In this document: positions 46,247 through 55,183 of the stretch, piece after piece | Position numbering within the stretch: position 1 is the stretch's first letter | Layout of the letters: every line of letters begins with the position of its first letter | Assembly: GCA_036522155.1 (NCBI GenBank) | Contig: DATDGI010000158.1 | Coordinates: 3,005 to 67,004 of the forward strand | Direction of reading: 5' to 3' | DNA: 64,000 bases | Origin: Streptosporangiaceae bacterium | GTDB taxonomy: Bacteria > Actinomycetota > Actinomycetes > Streptosporangiales > Streptosporangiaceae | The notes under the pieces: model-generated | Databases searched by the model: none | What the model saw: only the letters and a program-made list of their open reading frames with translations | What the model was told of the DNA's origin: nothing | Position numbers and translations under genes: made by a program

Positions 46247-47052
46247 CCGCCACAACCGCGGCCGAGCCGGGCCGGGCCCGGAGCATGACCCCGGCCCGCG
46301 CCCTGCGGCACGCGCTGACCCTGGCGTGGCGGGCACTGGTGCGGATCAGGCGCAACCCGGAACAGCTGCTCGACGTCACGCTGCAGCCGATCGTGTTCGT
46401 GACGCTGTTCGTATTCTTGTTCGGCGGCGCGATCAAGGGCGAGAGCAGGCACACCTACCTGGAGTACGTGCTGCCGGGCATCATGGTGATGACGGTGGTG
46501 TTCGCGAGCATGGGCACCGGCATCGGGCTCAACACCGACGTCACCAAGGGCATCTTCGACCGGTTCCGGAGCCTGCCCATCTCCCGCTCAGCTCCCTTGA
46601 CGGGGACGATCATGGGGGATTTCATCCGCTACCTCGTCTCGGTCGCGATGGTCTTCGCGTACGGGTCGCTGCTGGGATTCCGGATCGCCGCCAGTGCGCT
46701 GTCCGCGCTTGCTGCGGTGGGACTGATGTTCGTCTTCGGCTTCGCCGTCGGCTGGATCTGGGTGCTCCTCGGCCTGTACGTGAAGTCCCCGCAGAGCCTG
46801 CAAGGATTCGGGTTCATCGTCCTGTTCCCGCTCGCGTTCGGCAGCAACGTGTTCATCCCTGCCGCCACCCTGCCCGGCTGGCTGCAAGCCTGGGTCAAGA
46901 TCAACCCGGTGACCGCGCTGGCCAGCGCCAGTCGCGGCCTCATGCTGGGCGGACCGGCCGCCACTCCGGCCTGGCACTCCATCGCCTGGAGCATCGCGAT
47001 CACCGCCGTCTTCGCCCCGCTGGCGGTACGCCGCTACCGCCACGTCGGCTAG
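46243..47052 (+). CDS. ABC-2 (DrrB-like) permease
   Basis: Six TM helices. Start overlaps the ATPase stop (ATGA). Confidence 0.85.
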   Translation: MTATTAAEPGRARSMTPARALRHALTLAWRALVRIRRNPEQLLDVTLQPIVFVTLFVFLFGGAIKGESRHTYLEYVLPGIMVMTVVFASMGTGIGLNTDVTKGIFDRFRSLPISRSAPLTGTIMGDFIRYLVSVAMVFAYGSLLGFRIAASALSALAAVGLMFVFGFAVGWIWVLLGLYVKSPQSLQGFGFIVLFPLAFGSNVFIPAATLPGWLQAWVKINPVTALASASRGLMLGGPAATPAWHSIAWSIAITAVFAPLAVRRYRHVG

Positions 47053-47430
47053 CCGCAGCTAGCCCGGGCCGAGATCCTGATCCCGGCCGCCTGCACGCCT
47101 CCCGCGAACCCGGGGAGCAGACCAGCGATCCTGCTGTCACCGCCTTTCGGCGCGCAGAAGGTGCAGATCTCGGCTAATCAGCGTCTTGACCGGCCTCGAG
47201 AAGACAACTGCGCAGGCGGCTGCGGTGTGCGCCCGACGCCGACAGCCCATCACTGAACGCGACCACGCTGACGGCCAGCGATGTTGGGCGACGGCGCCGA
47301 GCGCCGAGTATGCGCTTTCTGTCGATGGCGCGTTTGCCGTGGCCGAGCGATATGGAACGGCCAGTTCTGGGGCCATCTCCTCTTCGGTCCACGGTTCATG
47401 AGATCGCGAGCGCTGCAGTCGTGCAGGTGG

Positions 47431-48213
47431 CTAGGTCAGGAACTCCAGCAGCAACGGGGCGAGAGCGGCTGGGCTGACATTGTGGTCCTGACCCTCCAGG
47501 GCCCGCAGCTCGCCATGCGGCATTGCCAGTTGCAGATTCCTGGCGGTCTCGGCCATGAACGGGAAGCTGGCCGTTCCGTACAGCACCAGCGCCGGGACGG
47601 ACAGCCGGGCTGCTCGCTCGAGCGGCACGGCCGCGTCCGTGCCGAGGATGGCTGTGTGGTCATAGGCGAGGGTGGGCCCCAGCGCCGCCATGGCGGGCCA
47701 GAAGTCTTGCTGACGCATGCCGTCGATCTGCTCGGCCGGGGTCCCGACGTAGGCCATGAACAGCGCCACCGCGTCACCGTGGCGGTCGGCCGCCAGCGCC
47801 TCGGTCAGCTGCTCGAGGTAGCGGCGCCACGCCTGCCGGGCGGCTGGATCGTCGTTGTAGGGCGGTTCGTACATGGCAATCCTGGTGACGCTGTCGCCTA
47901 GCTGGAGGGCCGCGTCCAGCGCGAGCGCCGCGCCGGAGGAGTGGCCGTACAGGGCTGCGGTCCCGCCGGCCACCTCGATCAGCGCCTGGATGTCATCGAT
48001 CTCCCGGTCCAGCGCGTACGGGAGGGTATCGCCGCTGTCGCCCCGCCCCCTGCGGTCATAGCCGAATACGGTTAGCTGCGGCGCGAGCAACGCGCGGAGC
48101 GCGGCCTTGCCGCCGCGGGTACTCATCGCGCCGTCGACGACGATCAGCGCGGGGCCAGAGCCCTGCTGCTCGTAGGCGATCAGGGTGCCGTCCGCCGATG
48201 TCACTGATCTCAT
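47431..48213 (-). CDS. Alpha/beta hydrolase
   Basis: MRSVTSADGTLIAYEQQGSGPALIVVDGA... and nucleophile elbow YGHSSGA. I chose the ATG at 48213. Confidence 0.85.
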   Translation of the reverse strand: MRSVTSADGTLIAYEQQGSGPALIVVDGAMSTRGGKAALRALLAPQLTVFGYDRRGRGDSGDTLPYALDREIDDIQALIEVAGGTAALYGHSSGAALALDAALQLGDSVTRIAMYEPPYNDDPAARQAWRRYLEQLTEALAADRHGDAVALFMAYVGTPAEQIDGMRQQDFWPAMAALGPTLAYDHTAILGTDAAVPLERAARLSVPALVLYGTASFPFMAETARNLQLAMPHGELRALEGQDHNVSPAALAPLLLEFLT

Positions 48214-48878
48214 CGCTCGTCTCCTTACTACATCTGCTCGCTCGGGCCTGTTCTGACCGCCTGTATATCCACGCTTGATGCGAACCAGCCGGGGCATGGC
48301 CACTGCGAGGTCCTGGTCACCGATGGGGGAACGACCAGCCGCCGCGGGAGAAGCCGCGCCGGGATCCTCACCCCACCCGCCGGGTGCATGCATGACACCT
48401 TGGGGTCAGCGAGGCATTCATGTCAGCCACGTGATCGTCTCCTTCGGTTACGCGCGGTTCTTCGCACAGTTCGGACGGCCCGGCCACGGCAGACTCATCG
48501 CACCCGTCGGCATGCCTACCACTGGCACCACCACGGGTCCCACCGGTCACCACGATCGCTGCACGGCGGCTCCCGGACCCACGCTAGAGAGGTCGTGCAC
48601 CCAGATCGACCCGCTCTGGGCGCTTCAGTCGATGGACGCCGCGCTCGCGGCGGCCGCACCGAGCGGCGGCTATTCGCGCTGGCTCATCACGGTCGGCCGG
48701 TGACGTCTGTGGCCGATGAGCGGCCAGTCCATGCGCCGGTCCGAACCGCCGGAACGGGACGTGCCGGGTTGTGGCGGCGGACTTAATGGATGCCCCAGGT
48801 CGGCGGCGTGCCAGGATGCGGACTCCAGCCGGGTGGCCCCCGGCGACCCACTGCCGGTCCTGCACGGTGATCCCTAAT

Positions 48879-48923
48879 CCTGAAAAGCGGAAGGTCGGCG
48901 GTTCGACCCCGCCCCTGACCACC
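48879..48923 (+). repeat. att repeat 3: exact 45-bp copy of the tRNA-Phe 3' part
   Basis: CCTGAAAAGCGG...CCCCTGACCACC. It is followed at 48938-48953 by CTGAGCAGCGCAAACG, which also follows the tRNA itself at 31523-31538. Confidence 0.88.
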
Positions 48924-49219
48924 GAGTCTCTGTCGCGCTGAGCAGCGCAAACGGCCGTTATGGGCTCCCGTGGTTGTTAATGGGAGGCCCGCCCAAGCCC
49001 GCTCTTGTCTGCTGGGCGCCGCACGCTATCGCACGCGGATCGCACGGCCGTGACCTCTGCTTGCAAAGATCGTTCACGCGGCGACCCGACGTGGCCTGCT
49101 GCTGGCGGGAGGCCGCTAACGCATCTCTGAGGTTGACCGCGATTGACTGCGGGTTACCTTCCGATGGGGCACGCAACAGGCACGACCAGGCCGATCAGCG
49201 CAGGAACCAGCAGGTTGGG

Positions 49220-49987
49220 TCACGCTCGATTTGGTCCGGGTCCGGCGCCGCTTAGCGCGTGCTCAACCCAGATGTTGGGTTCTACGTAGACAGCATGGTC
49301 GTGTTCCGCATCGCAGTGCACGGGGACCAGCGCCTCTGGCACGATCACGTCGCCGGTACGGTCGAATGGCAGTCCGGTCCATTCCCGCCACTGCGCGAGC
49401 GAGCCAGCCATGACCATAGATGCTGGCGCTACCTGCCTGATCTTCCCGCCGGTTCTTACGTGTACTCGTAGCCACGGGTCGGCGGGCAAGCCGTCTTCTC
49501 GCACCATCGTGATGTATTTGGCCATCGGCAGAGTCGGATACCGGTGCTTGCCGGTTGGCCGCACGGGGGCCACCAGCCGGGTTAGCCCGGCGTCCCGGGC
49601 CGCGTCACGGAGCGCGGCTAGCATCCGGTGGGACAGGCCGCTTCCCCGGTATGGCTGCCCGACCGCGATTTCCACGGCGGAGGCGGTGTCTGGCGCGCGG
49701 TCGGCAAGCCGGTCGCTGAACGCCCATATCATCGCCCAGTCGAGGCCGCCGTCTGGCAGGGCGCCCCGGCCCGGCAGGTCAAAAGTGAACGCCATCGCCC
49801 GGCCGGTGGCGGCGACCGCGCCGCTGTCATCCGTTGCCACAGCGCACAAGTGGGGAAAGGTGCCCGCGACTTGCCCGAAGAAGGCGTTCATCACCGGATC
49901 AGCTCGCATGAACTCCGGCCAGTTGGAATCAACCTCGTACACGCGGTCAATCAGATCGGGTCGCTCGCTGAGGCGATGAATTATCAT
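49220..49987 (-). CDS. GNAT-family N-acetyltransferase
   Basis: VEIAVGQPYRGSGLSHRMLAALRDAARDAGLTRLVAPVRP (acetyl-CoA-binding motif A-like). The chosen start is MIIHRLSE. Confidence 0.6.
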   Translation of the reverse strand: MIIHRLSERPDLIDRVYEVDSNWPEFMRADPVMNAFFGQVAGTFPHLCAVATDDSGAVAATGRAMAFTFDLPGRGALPDGGLDWAMIWAFSDRLADRAPDTASAVEIAVGQPYRGSGLSHRMLAALRDAARDAGLTRLVAPVRPTGKHRYPTLPMAKYITMVREDGLPADPWLRVHVRTGGKIRQVAPASMVMAGSLAQWREWTGLPFDRTGDVIVPEALVPVHCDAEHDHAVYVEPNIWVEHALSGAGPGPNRA

Positions 49988-50208
49988 GTCGGTCCTGACT
50001 CTTACCCGTATGTCCACGCGATCTTGCGGAAGGCCTATGGGCGGGTCCCGGCGAGGCTACACCAGCCCGTTCCAGATCTGGACTGCTGGCCGCGCATGGC
50101 AACGCTGCGAAGCTTCCGAAGACGATCGTGGTGAAGCACTGATGTCGCACGCAGATCGCACGAACAGGCCCGGGGCAGGGCTGACCTGCGCAGGCGCGAC
50201 CCGCTGAT

Positions 50209-50280
50209 AAGCGGAAGGTCGGCGGTTCGACCCCGCCCCTGACCACCTTCTGACCTGCGAGAACGTGCGGGTCGTGAGTG
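50209..50280 (+). repeat. att repeat 4 (39-bp exact core, diverged anticodon-loop part) plus presumed chromosomal flank
   Basis: CCGC-TGATAAGCGGAAGGTCGGCGGTTCGACCCCGCCCCTGACCACC. The loop region differs from the tRNA (CTGAAAA becomes TGATAA). The flank TTCTGACCTGCGAGAACGTGCGGGTCGTGAGT is repeated at 42930-42960. Confidence 0.8.
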
Positions 50281-50563
50281 TCTGTGCAGTGCACCCCAGG
50301 AAGGACAGCCTTCCGCCTCCGCCACCGCCCGGGAACTTGATGAGCTGCCCACCCTGGTGTCGGCGGGGCATGGGTGGGTCTCACGCGCGTGATCGGTATG
50401 GGTTTCCCGGCCTGGAACGGTTCGCGCTTTCCTGAGACGGCAAGGCAGGCGGACGCTCCCACACGGTGGTACTACCGCTGGTCAGGCACGCGGCGATCGG
50501 CGGCTGGATTGTCACCAGATTCCGGTGATGCCGTCTCACCTGCCAGGGCCTGACCATCGAGGC

Positions 50564-51424
50564 ATGGAGCCACGACGTCATGTTCTCGGGCCGGTCACCG
50601 TGTCTCGCATTGGCTTCGGCGCGATGCAGCTGCCAGGTCCGGGGGTATTCGGTCCGCCGCGCGACCGCACAGCGGCCATCGCCGTCCTGCGCCGCGCGGT
50701 GGCGCTCGGCGTCGATCACATCGACACCGCCCAGTATTACGGCCCCGGCGTCGCCAATGAGCTGATCCGCACGGCGCTGCATCCCTACCCTGCAGGGCTG
50801 GCCCTGGTCAGCAAGGTCGGCGCGCGCCGGGATGCATCGGGCGGTGTGCTGCGATACGACCGGCCACCCGAGCTCCGGCAGGGAATCGAGGACAACTTGC
50901 GGAGCCTGGCCGTCGACCACCTCACCGTCGTCAATTTGCGCCTGATGGACGGCGCCCTGCCCGGCCAGTACTTCGATGACCAGCTCGCCGCCATGGTGGC
51001 GGCGCGCGAGGATGGCCTGATCGGCGGCATCGGCCTCAGCAACATCACGACCGCCCACCTCCGCCGCGCGCTGGCGATCACCGACATCGCCTGCGTGCAG
51101 AACCTGCTGAACCTGGCCGACCGGCGGTCCATGCCGGTACTCGAGGAGTGTCACGCCCGCGGCATCGCTTTCGTGCCGTTCTTCCCGCTCGGCTCCGGCT
51201 TCGCCCGCGCCGGCAACCTGGTCCGGGCCAGCCCAGCGGTTGCGGCCACCGCCGCCCGCCTGCGCTGCACGCCCGCCCAGGTGGCACTGGCCTGGCTGCT
51301 GGACCTGCGGCCAGAGGTGCTTTTGATCCCCGGCACGTCCTCGATCAGCCATCTCGAGGAGAACATGGCCGTCGCGAATATCGGGCTCGATTCGGAAGCC
51401 CGCGACCTCCTCGGCCAAAGCTGA
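50564..51424 (+). CDS. Aldo/keto reductase
   Basis: VSRIGFGAMQL, GVDHIDTAQYYG, IGLSNIT, IPGTSSISHLEENM. Confidence 0.85.
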   Translation: MEPRRHVLGPVTVSRIGFGAMQLPGPGVFGPPRDRTAAIAVLRRAVALGVDHIDTAQYYGPGVANELIRTALHPYPAGLALVSKVGARRDASGGVLRYDRPPELRQGIEDNLRSLAVDHLTVVNLRLMDGALPGQYFDDQLAAMVAAREDGLIGGIGLSNITTAHLRRALAITDIACVQNLLNLADRRSMPVLEECHARGIAFVPFFPLGSGFARAGNLVRASPAVAATAARLRCTPAQVALAWLLDLRPEVLLIPGTSSISHLEENMAVANIGLDSEARDLLGQS

Positions 51425-51511
51425 CGGGAAGTGAACCACGTCCGTTCGGATAAGAAATCACTCTCCAGAGCGGGCGGCGCGCCTTGGGCTTGCCGGCGGC
51501 GAGCCTCTTGT

Positions 51512-52153
51512 TCATGGCTGCGGGGCATCGGTCTCCCCTGCTGGCAGGGACCGCCCAGCTTCCTCGCCTTGGTCTGCGCCGAGTTGCCGGGCGATGGCCT
51601 GCAGCGCGGCGGCGAGGTCCGCGGCGGCCGGGGCCCGGTCGGGGTCGATGAGCCACTGGACAAGGACGCCGCTGAGCAGCGCTTGGTGCAGGGAGCCGAC
51701 CGCCCGCGCGACCCTGTGGTCGTCATCGTCGGGCTCTAGGCCGTAGAGGGCGCTCGCCCACAGCGACCGGCCGTCTTCGAGTCCCTGGGCCACTCCCGCC
51801 CGGATCTGGGGGTCGTGCTGCGCCACGCCGAACACGTCGAACGTGGCCCGCCACACTTCTGGGTTGGTGCGGAAGGAGTCGATGATGTGGGCCCAGAACC
51901 GCTGGAACCGTTCCAGTGCGGGTCCTCCCGGGCCGGCGTCGGCGCTCATGACCTGCCGCATCTCGGCGCCGAAGTCCTCCATGGCCTGGAAGACCGCCGC
52001 GTTGAGCAAGGCCTGGGTTGAGCCGTAGTGGTAGCCGATGGAGGCGAGGTTGGTGCCGGAGGCGGCCACGATGTCACGGGCGGTGGTCCGCGCGTATCCC
52101 TTCTCCCGCAGGCACCGGACCGCGCCGGCGAGCAAGTCTTCCCGATGGCCCAT
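51512..52153 (-). CDS. TetR family transcriptional regulator
   Basis: REDLLAGAVRCLREKGYARTTARDIVAASGTNLASIGYHYGS. Confidence 0.9.
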   Translation of the reverse strand: MGHREDLLAGAVRCLREKGYARTTARDIVAASGTNLASIGYHYGSTQALLNAAVFQAMEDFGAEMRQVMSADAGPGGPALERFQRFWAHIIDSFRTNPEVWRATFDVFGVAQHDPQIRAGVAQGLEDGRSLWASALYGLEPDDDDHRVARAVGSLHQALLSGVLVQWLIDPDRAPAAADLAAALQAIARQLGADQGEEAGRSLPAGETDAPQP

Positions 52154-52174
52154 GAAGCCAGCCTAGCAGACGAT

Positions 52175-52216
52175 CTATACAAATGTCCTATACAGATGTC
52201 ATAGACATATGTATAG
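52175..52216. promoter_or_regulatory. Candidate TetR operator: three 13-bp half-sites
   Basis: CTATACAAATGTC (52175-87), CTATACAGATGTC (52188-200), ATA, GACATATGTATAG (52204-16). The last two form a 29-bp palindrome with one mismatch, in the 71-bp divergent gap. Confidence 0.55.
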
Positions 52217-52224
52217 TCCGGGGT

Positions 52225-53406
52225 ATGGATCACAACCGGGACATCCTGATCTCCGGCGCCAGCGTCGCCGGGCCCGCCCTCGCCTGGTGGCTGAGCCGGC
52301 ACGGCTTTCACCCCACGGTCGTAGAACGGGCGCCGCGCCTGCGCGGCGGCGGTTATACGGTCGACTTCCGCGGCGCCGCCCACCTGAGCGTACTGGCCAA
52401 GATGGGCCTCCTGGACGCGGTCAAGGCCAGGCAGACCCGCCTGTCCCGCATCACCATCGTCGACCAGCAGGGCCGGCCGGTGGCGCGGATGCCCGCCCAC
52501 GTGTTCGCCGGCGATGTCGAGATCCTGCGCGGCGACCTGGCCCAGATCCTGTACGAGTCGACCCAGGGCACCATCGAGTACCTCTTCGGCGACTCGATCA
52601 CCCGCCTCGACGAGCGCCCCAGCGGCGTGCACGTCTGGTTCGAGCGCTCCCAGCCCAGGACGTTCAGCCTGGTCATCGGCGCCGACGGCCTGCACTCCAA
52701 TGTGCGCGCGCTGGCATTTGGCGAGCATGACCGGTTCATCGAAGACCTTGGCCTGTGCGTGTCGGTCTTCTCCATGCCGGGCTCGTTCGGGCTCGATCAC
52801 GCGGGGCTGCTGTGCAGCGTGCCGGGGCGGACCGCAGGGGTGTTCAGCGCCGGGGACAACCAGGCGATCGCGCAGCTGTACTTCGCCGCGCCCGGCGTCA
52901 GCTACGGCCGCGGCGACACCGACCGGCAGAAGCAGATCGTGGCCGAGGCGTTCGCGGGCATGGGGTGGCGGGTGCCGGAACTGCTAGCGGCCATGGAACA
53001 GGCGCCCGACTTCTACTTCGACACCATCAGCCAGGTGCACCTGGACAGCTGGTCGGCCGGGCGGGTCGCGCTCCTCGGCGACGCGGCGTGCGCGGCCGGG
53101 CCCGGCGGCAACGGCACCGGCAACGCCGTCGTCGCCGCCTACGTGCTGGCGGGCGAGCTGGCCATCACCGGCGGCGACCACCAGGCCGCTTTCGCGAGGT
53201 ACCAGCGGCTGCTGCGGCCGTACGTGGCCAAGGGCCAAAAACAGGCACGCGGCGCCATGGGCTTCCTCGCACCACCCACCCCGAAGAAGATCGCCCAGCT
53301 CCAGCGGTTTTACAAGATGCTGCCCTACCTGCCGGTCAAGCACCTGATGAAACACCTGACCACCCGCACCGCCACCGGCATCAAGCTCGCCAGCTACTCC
53401 CGCTAG
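52225..53406 (+). CDS. FAD-dependent aromatic-ring monooxygenase (PHBH fold)
   Basis: ILISGASVAGPALAWWLSRHGF (GxGxxG-like), VIGADGLHSNVR, ALLGDAACAAGPGGNGTG. Confidence 0.85.
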   Translation: MDHNRDILISGASVAGPALAWWLSRHGFHPTVVERAPRLRGGGYTVDFRGAAHLSVLAKMGLLDAVKARQTRLSRITIVDQQGRPVARMPAHVFAGDVEILRGDLAQILYESTQGTIEYLFGDSITRLDERPSGVHVWFERSQPRTFSLVIGADGLHSNVRALAFGEHDRFIEDLGLCVSVFSMPGSFGLDHAGLLCSVPGRTAGVFSAGDNQAIAQLYFAAPGVSYGRGDTDRQKQIVAEAFAGMGWRVPELLAAMEQAPDFYFDTISQVHLDSWSAGRVALLGDAACAAGPGGNGTGNAVVAAYVLAGELAITGGDHQAAFARYQRLLRPYVAKGQKQARGAMGFLAPPTPKKIAQLQRFYKMLPYLPVKHLMKHLTTRTATGIKLASYSR

Positions 53407-53552
53407 AACCTCAAGCCGGCGCAGTCATCTCTCCCACAATCACGCCGGATGGCCGATTCGGCAGCTCGTGCCGACGTTAGGTCGGGGCGTGCTGGTGTCG
53501 AGGTCGCCGATGTTCGGGGTTGTCGCCGGGGTCGTGACCTGCTTCGGACGCT

Positions 53553-53990
53553 TCAGCTGAGCTGCTCGGCCAGCGCGACGATGATGCCCTCGGGGCCGCG
53601 GACGTAGCAGAGCCGGTAGCTGTCCTCGTACTGGTCCAGCTCGCCAACGAGTTCGGCGCCATGGGCATGCAGGCGGGCAAGGACGTCCTCGATGTCTTCG
53701 ACGGCGAACATGATGCGACGTATGCCCAGCGTGTTCGCCGGTGCGTTCGGCTCAGCGCTGACCGCCGTCGGCGTGTGGAACTTCGTCAGCTCAAGCCGGC
53801 CGTGGCCGTCCGGAGTCCGCACCATTGCGATGTCGACCCGGACACCGTCGAGCCCGACGACGCGGTCCACCCACCGTCCCTCGACTGCCGCCTCCCCCTC
53901 CAGCTCCAGACCGAGTTCGACGAAGAACGCGGTGGCAGCCGCGAGGTCGTCGACAACAACGCCGACGTGATCCATCCGCTGGATCGTCAT
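53553..53990 (-). CDS. VOC/glyoxalase family protein
   Basis: MDHVGVVVDDLAAATAFFVELGLEL...IRRIMFAVEDIEDV. Confidence 0.8.
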   Translation of the reverse strand: MTIQRMDHVGVVVDDLAAATAFFVELGLELEGEAAVEGRWVDRVVGLDGVRVDIAMVRTPDGHGRLELTKFHTPTAVSAEPNAPANTLGIRRIMFAVEDIEDVLARLHAHGAELVGELDQYEDSYRLCYVRGPEGIIVALAEQLS

Positions 53991-54211
53991 GTCCTCAAGC
54001 GTAGCGACCCGGATGGTTCCAAGCTTTGGCGGCTCATCGTCGGGCTCGGTGGCTGCCGGCTCTTACTGGCCCCGGGGCCCCCAAGCTGACCCGAAGTGTG
54101 CAAGGCGGCGGCCGTGCTGCGACTGTCAACGCGTGCTGTGACCGCCTTGCCGGGCCGTCCTGGTCTGCCGCGGTGAACTGGCACTGGTGTGCGTGCAGCG
54201 GCAGACGCATT

Positions 54212-55183
54212 ATGAGGAGAATGTTGCCGTGCTGGAAGGTCCTTCGCGCAGCATGCCTTGGGCTAGCTGTGCTTTGTGCCGCGTGCACGAGCTCAGGCAA
54301 CTCTGTCCCACCCGATCAAGGACGAGCGACTGGACACCCTGGCACCGCCATCACAGTGGGATCGTTTGACTTCCCCGAGAGTGTCTTGCTCGCCTACCTC
54401 TACGCGGATGCTCTCGCCGCGAAGGGCTTTCCGGTCCGGGTCTTGCCGAACCTGGGCACCCGCGAATTGGTGGACCCGGCTCTCATGAATGGGCTGATCC
54501 AGCTTGTCCCCGAATACGCGGGATCGGCACTGGATTTCATGAGCCTGGGGCGGGTGCACGCGACTTCGAGCGCGGCGGCAACCTACCGGTCCCTGACCCG
54601 GTCGGCGGAGCGCCGCGGTCTTGTGGCAGCGCAGCCAGCCCCCGCGCAGGACGCCAATGCGATCGTGGTGACCGCGGCGACAGCTGCCCGCTATCACCTG
54701 CGATCGATCGCTGACCTGATGAGTGTTGCACCAGGCCTGGTGTTCGGCGGCCCGCCCGAATGCCGGGAGCGCGCCGACTGCCTGCTTGGGCTGGAGCGAA
54801 GCTACGGGCTGCGCTTCAAGGCCTTCACGCCGACCGACGCCGGTGGCCCGCTCACCCTGCAGGCGCTGGATTCAGGCCAGATCGGCGTGGGGCTGCTGTT
54901 CACTACCGATCCGAGCATCCCGGCGCAGCACCTGGTCATCCTGGCCGACGACCATGCCCTGCAGCCGGCCGAGAACGTCACTCCCCTTATCCGCCGGAGC
55001 ACTATGGACCGGTACGGTACTCGGCTGATCGCCACGCTCGACGCTGTTTCGGCCCGCCTGTCCACCGGCACGCTGCGCTCACTGGACGCACAGGTGGAAC
55101 TCGCCGGGCTGGACCCCCGCAGCGTGGCTGACGGCTGGCTGCGCGCGCAGGCGCTGATCCCGGCAGACCCGGGTGCGCCGTGA
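54212..55183 (+). CDS. OpuAC-like (glycine betaine/choline type) substrate-binding lipoprotein, orphan
   Basis: Signal peptide LGLAVLCAACTSSG. ITVGSFDFPESVLLAYLYADALAAKGFPV...LIQLVPEYAGS...FTTDP match the OpuAC-type fold. No cognate permease or ATPase is nearby. Confidence 0.75.
   Translation: MRRMLPCWKVLRAACLGLAVLCAACTSSGNSVPPDQGRATGHPGTAITVGSFDFPESVLLAYLYADALAAKGFPVRVLPNLGTRELVDPALMNGLIQLVPEYAGSALDFMSLGRVHATSSAAATYRSLTRSAERRGLVAAQPAPAQDANAIVVTAATAARYHLRSIADLMSVAPGLVFGGPPECRERADCLLGLERSYGLRFKAFTPTDAGGPLTLQALDSGQIGVGLLFTTDPSIPAQHLVILADDHALQPAENVTPLIRRSTMDRYGTRLIATLDAVSARLSTGTLRSLDAQVELAGLDPRSVADGWLRAQALIPADPGAP

Noticed and set aside
48958-49176. Possible decayed integrase 3' end in the distal island. 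GCTAACGC...GTTGAC resembles the int stop region of island 1, and the minus-frame peptide contains ...SIAVNLRDALA.
   Set aside because: The similarity is limited to a few short strings and no recombinase motifs are recoverable by eye. It would need a BLASTX/TBLASTN check.
52225-53406. FAD monooxygenase as a Rox-type rifamycin monooxygenase linked to the HelR finding.
   Set aside because: No RAE-like palindrome lies upstream; the gap holds a TetR-type operator instead. The protein is shorter than I recall for Rox, and it lies 27 kb away. There is no sequence-level support.
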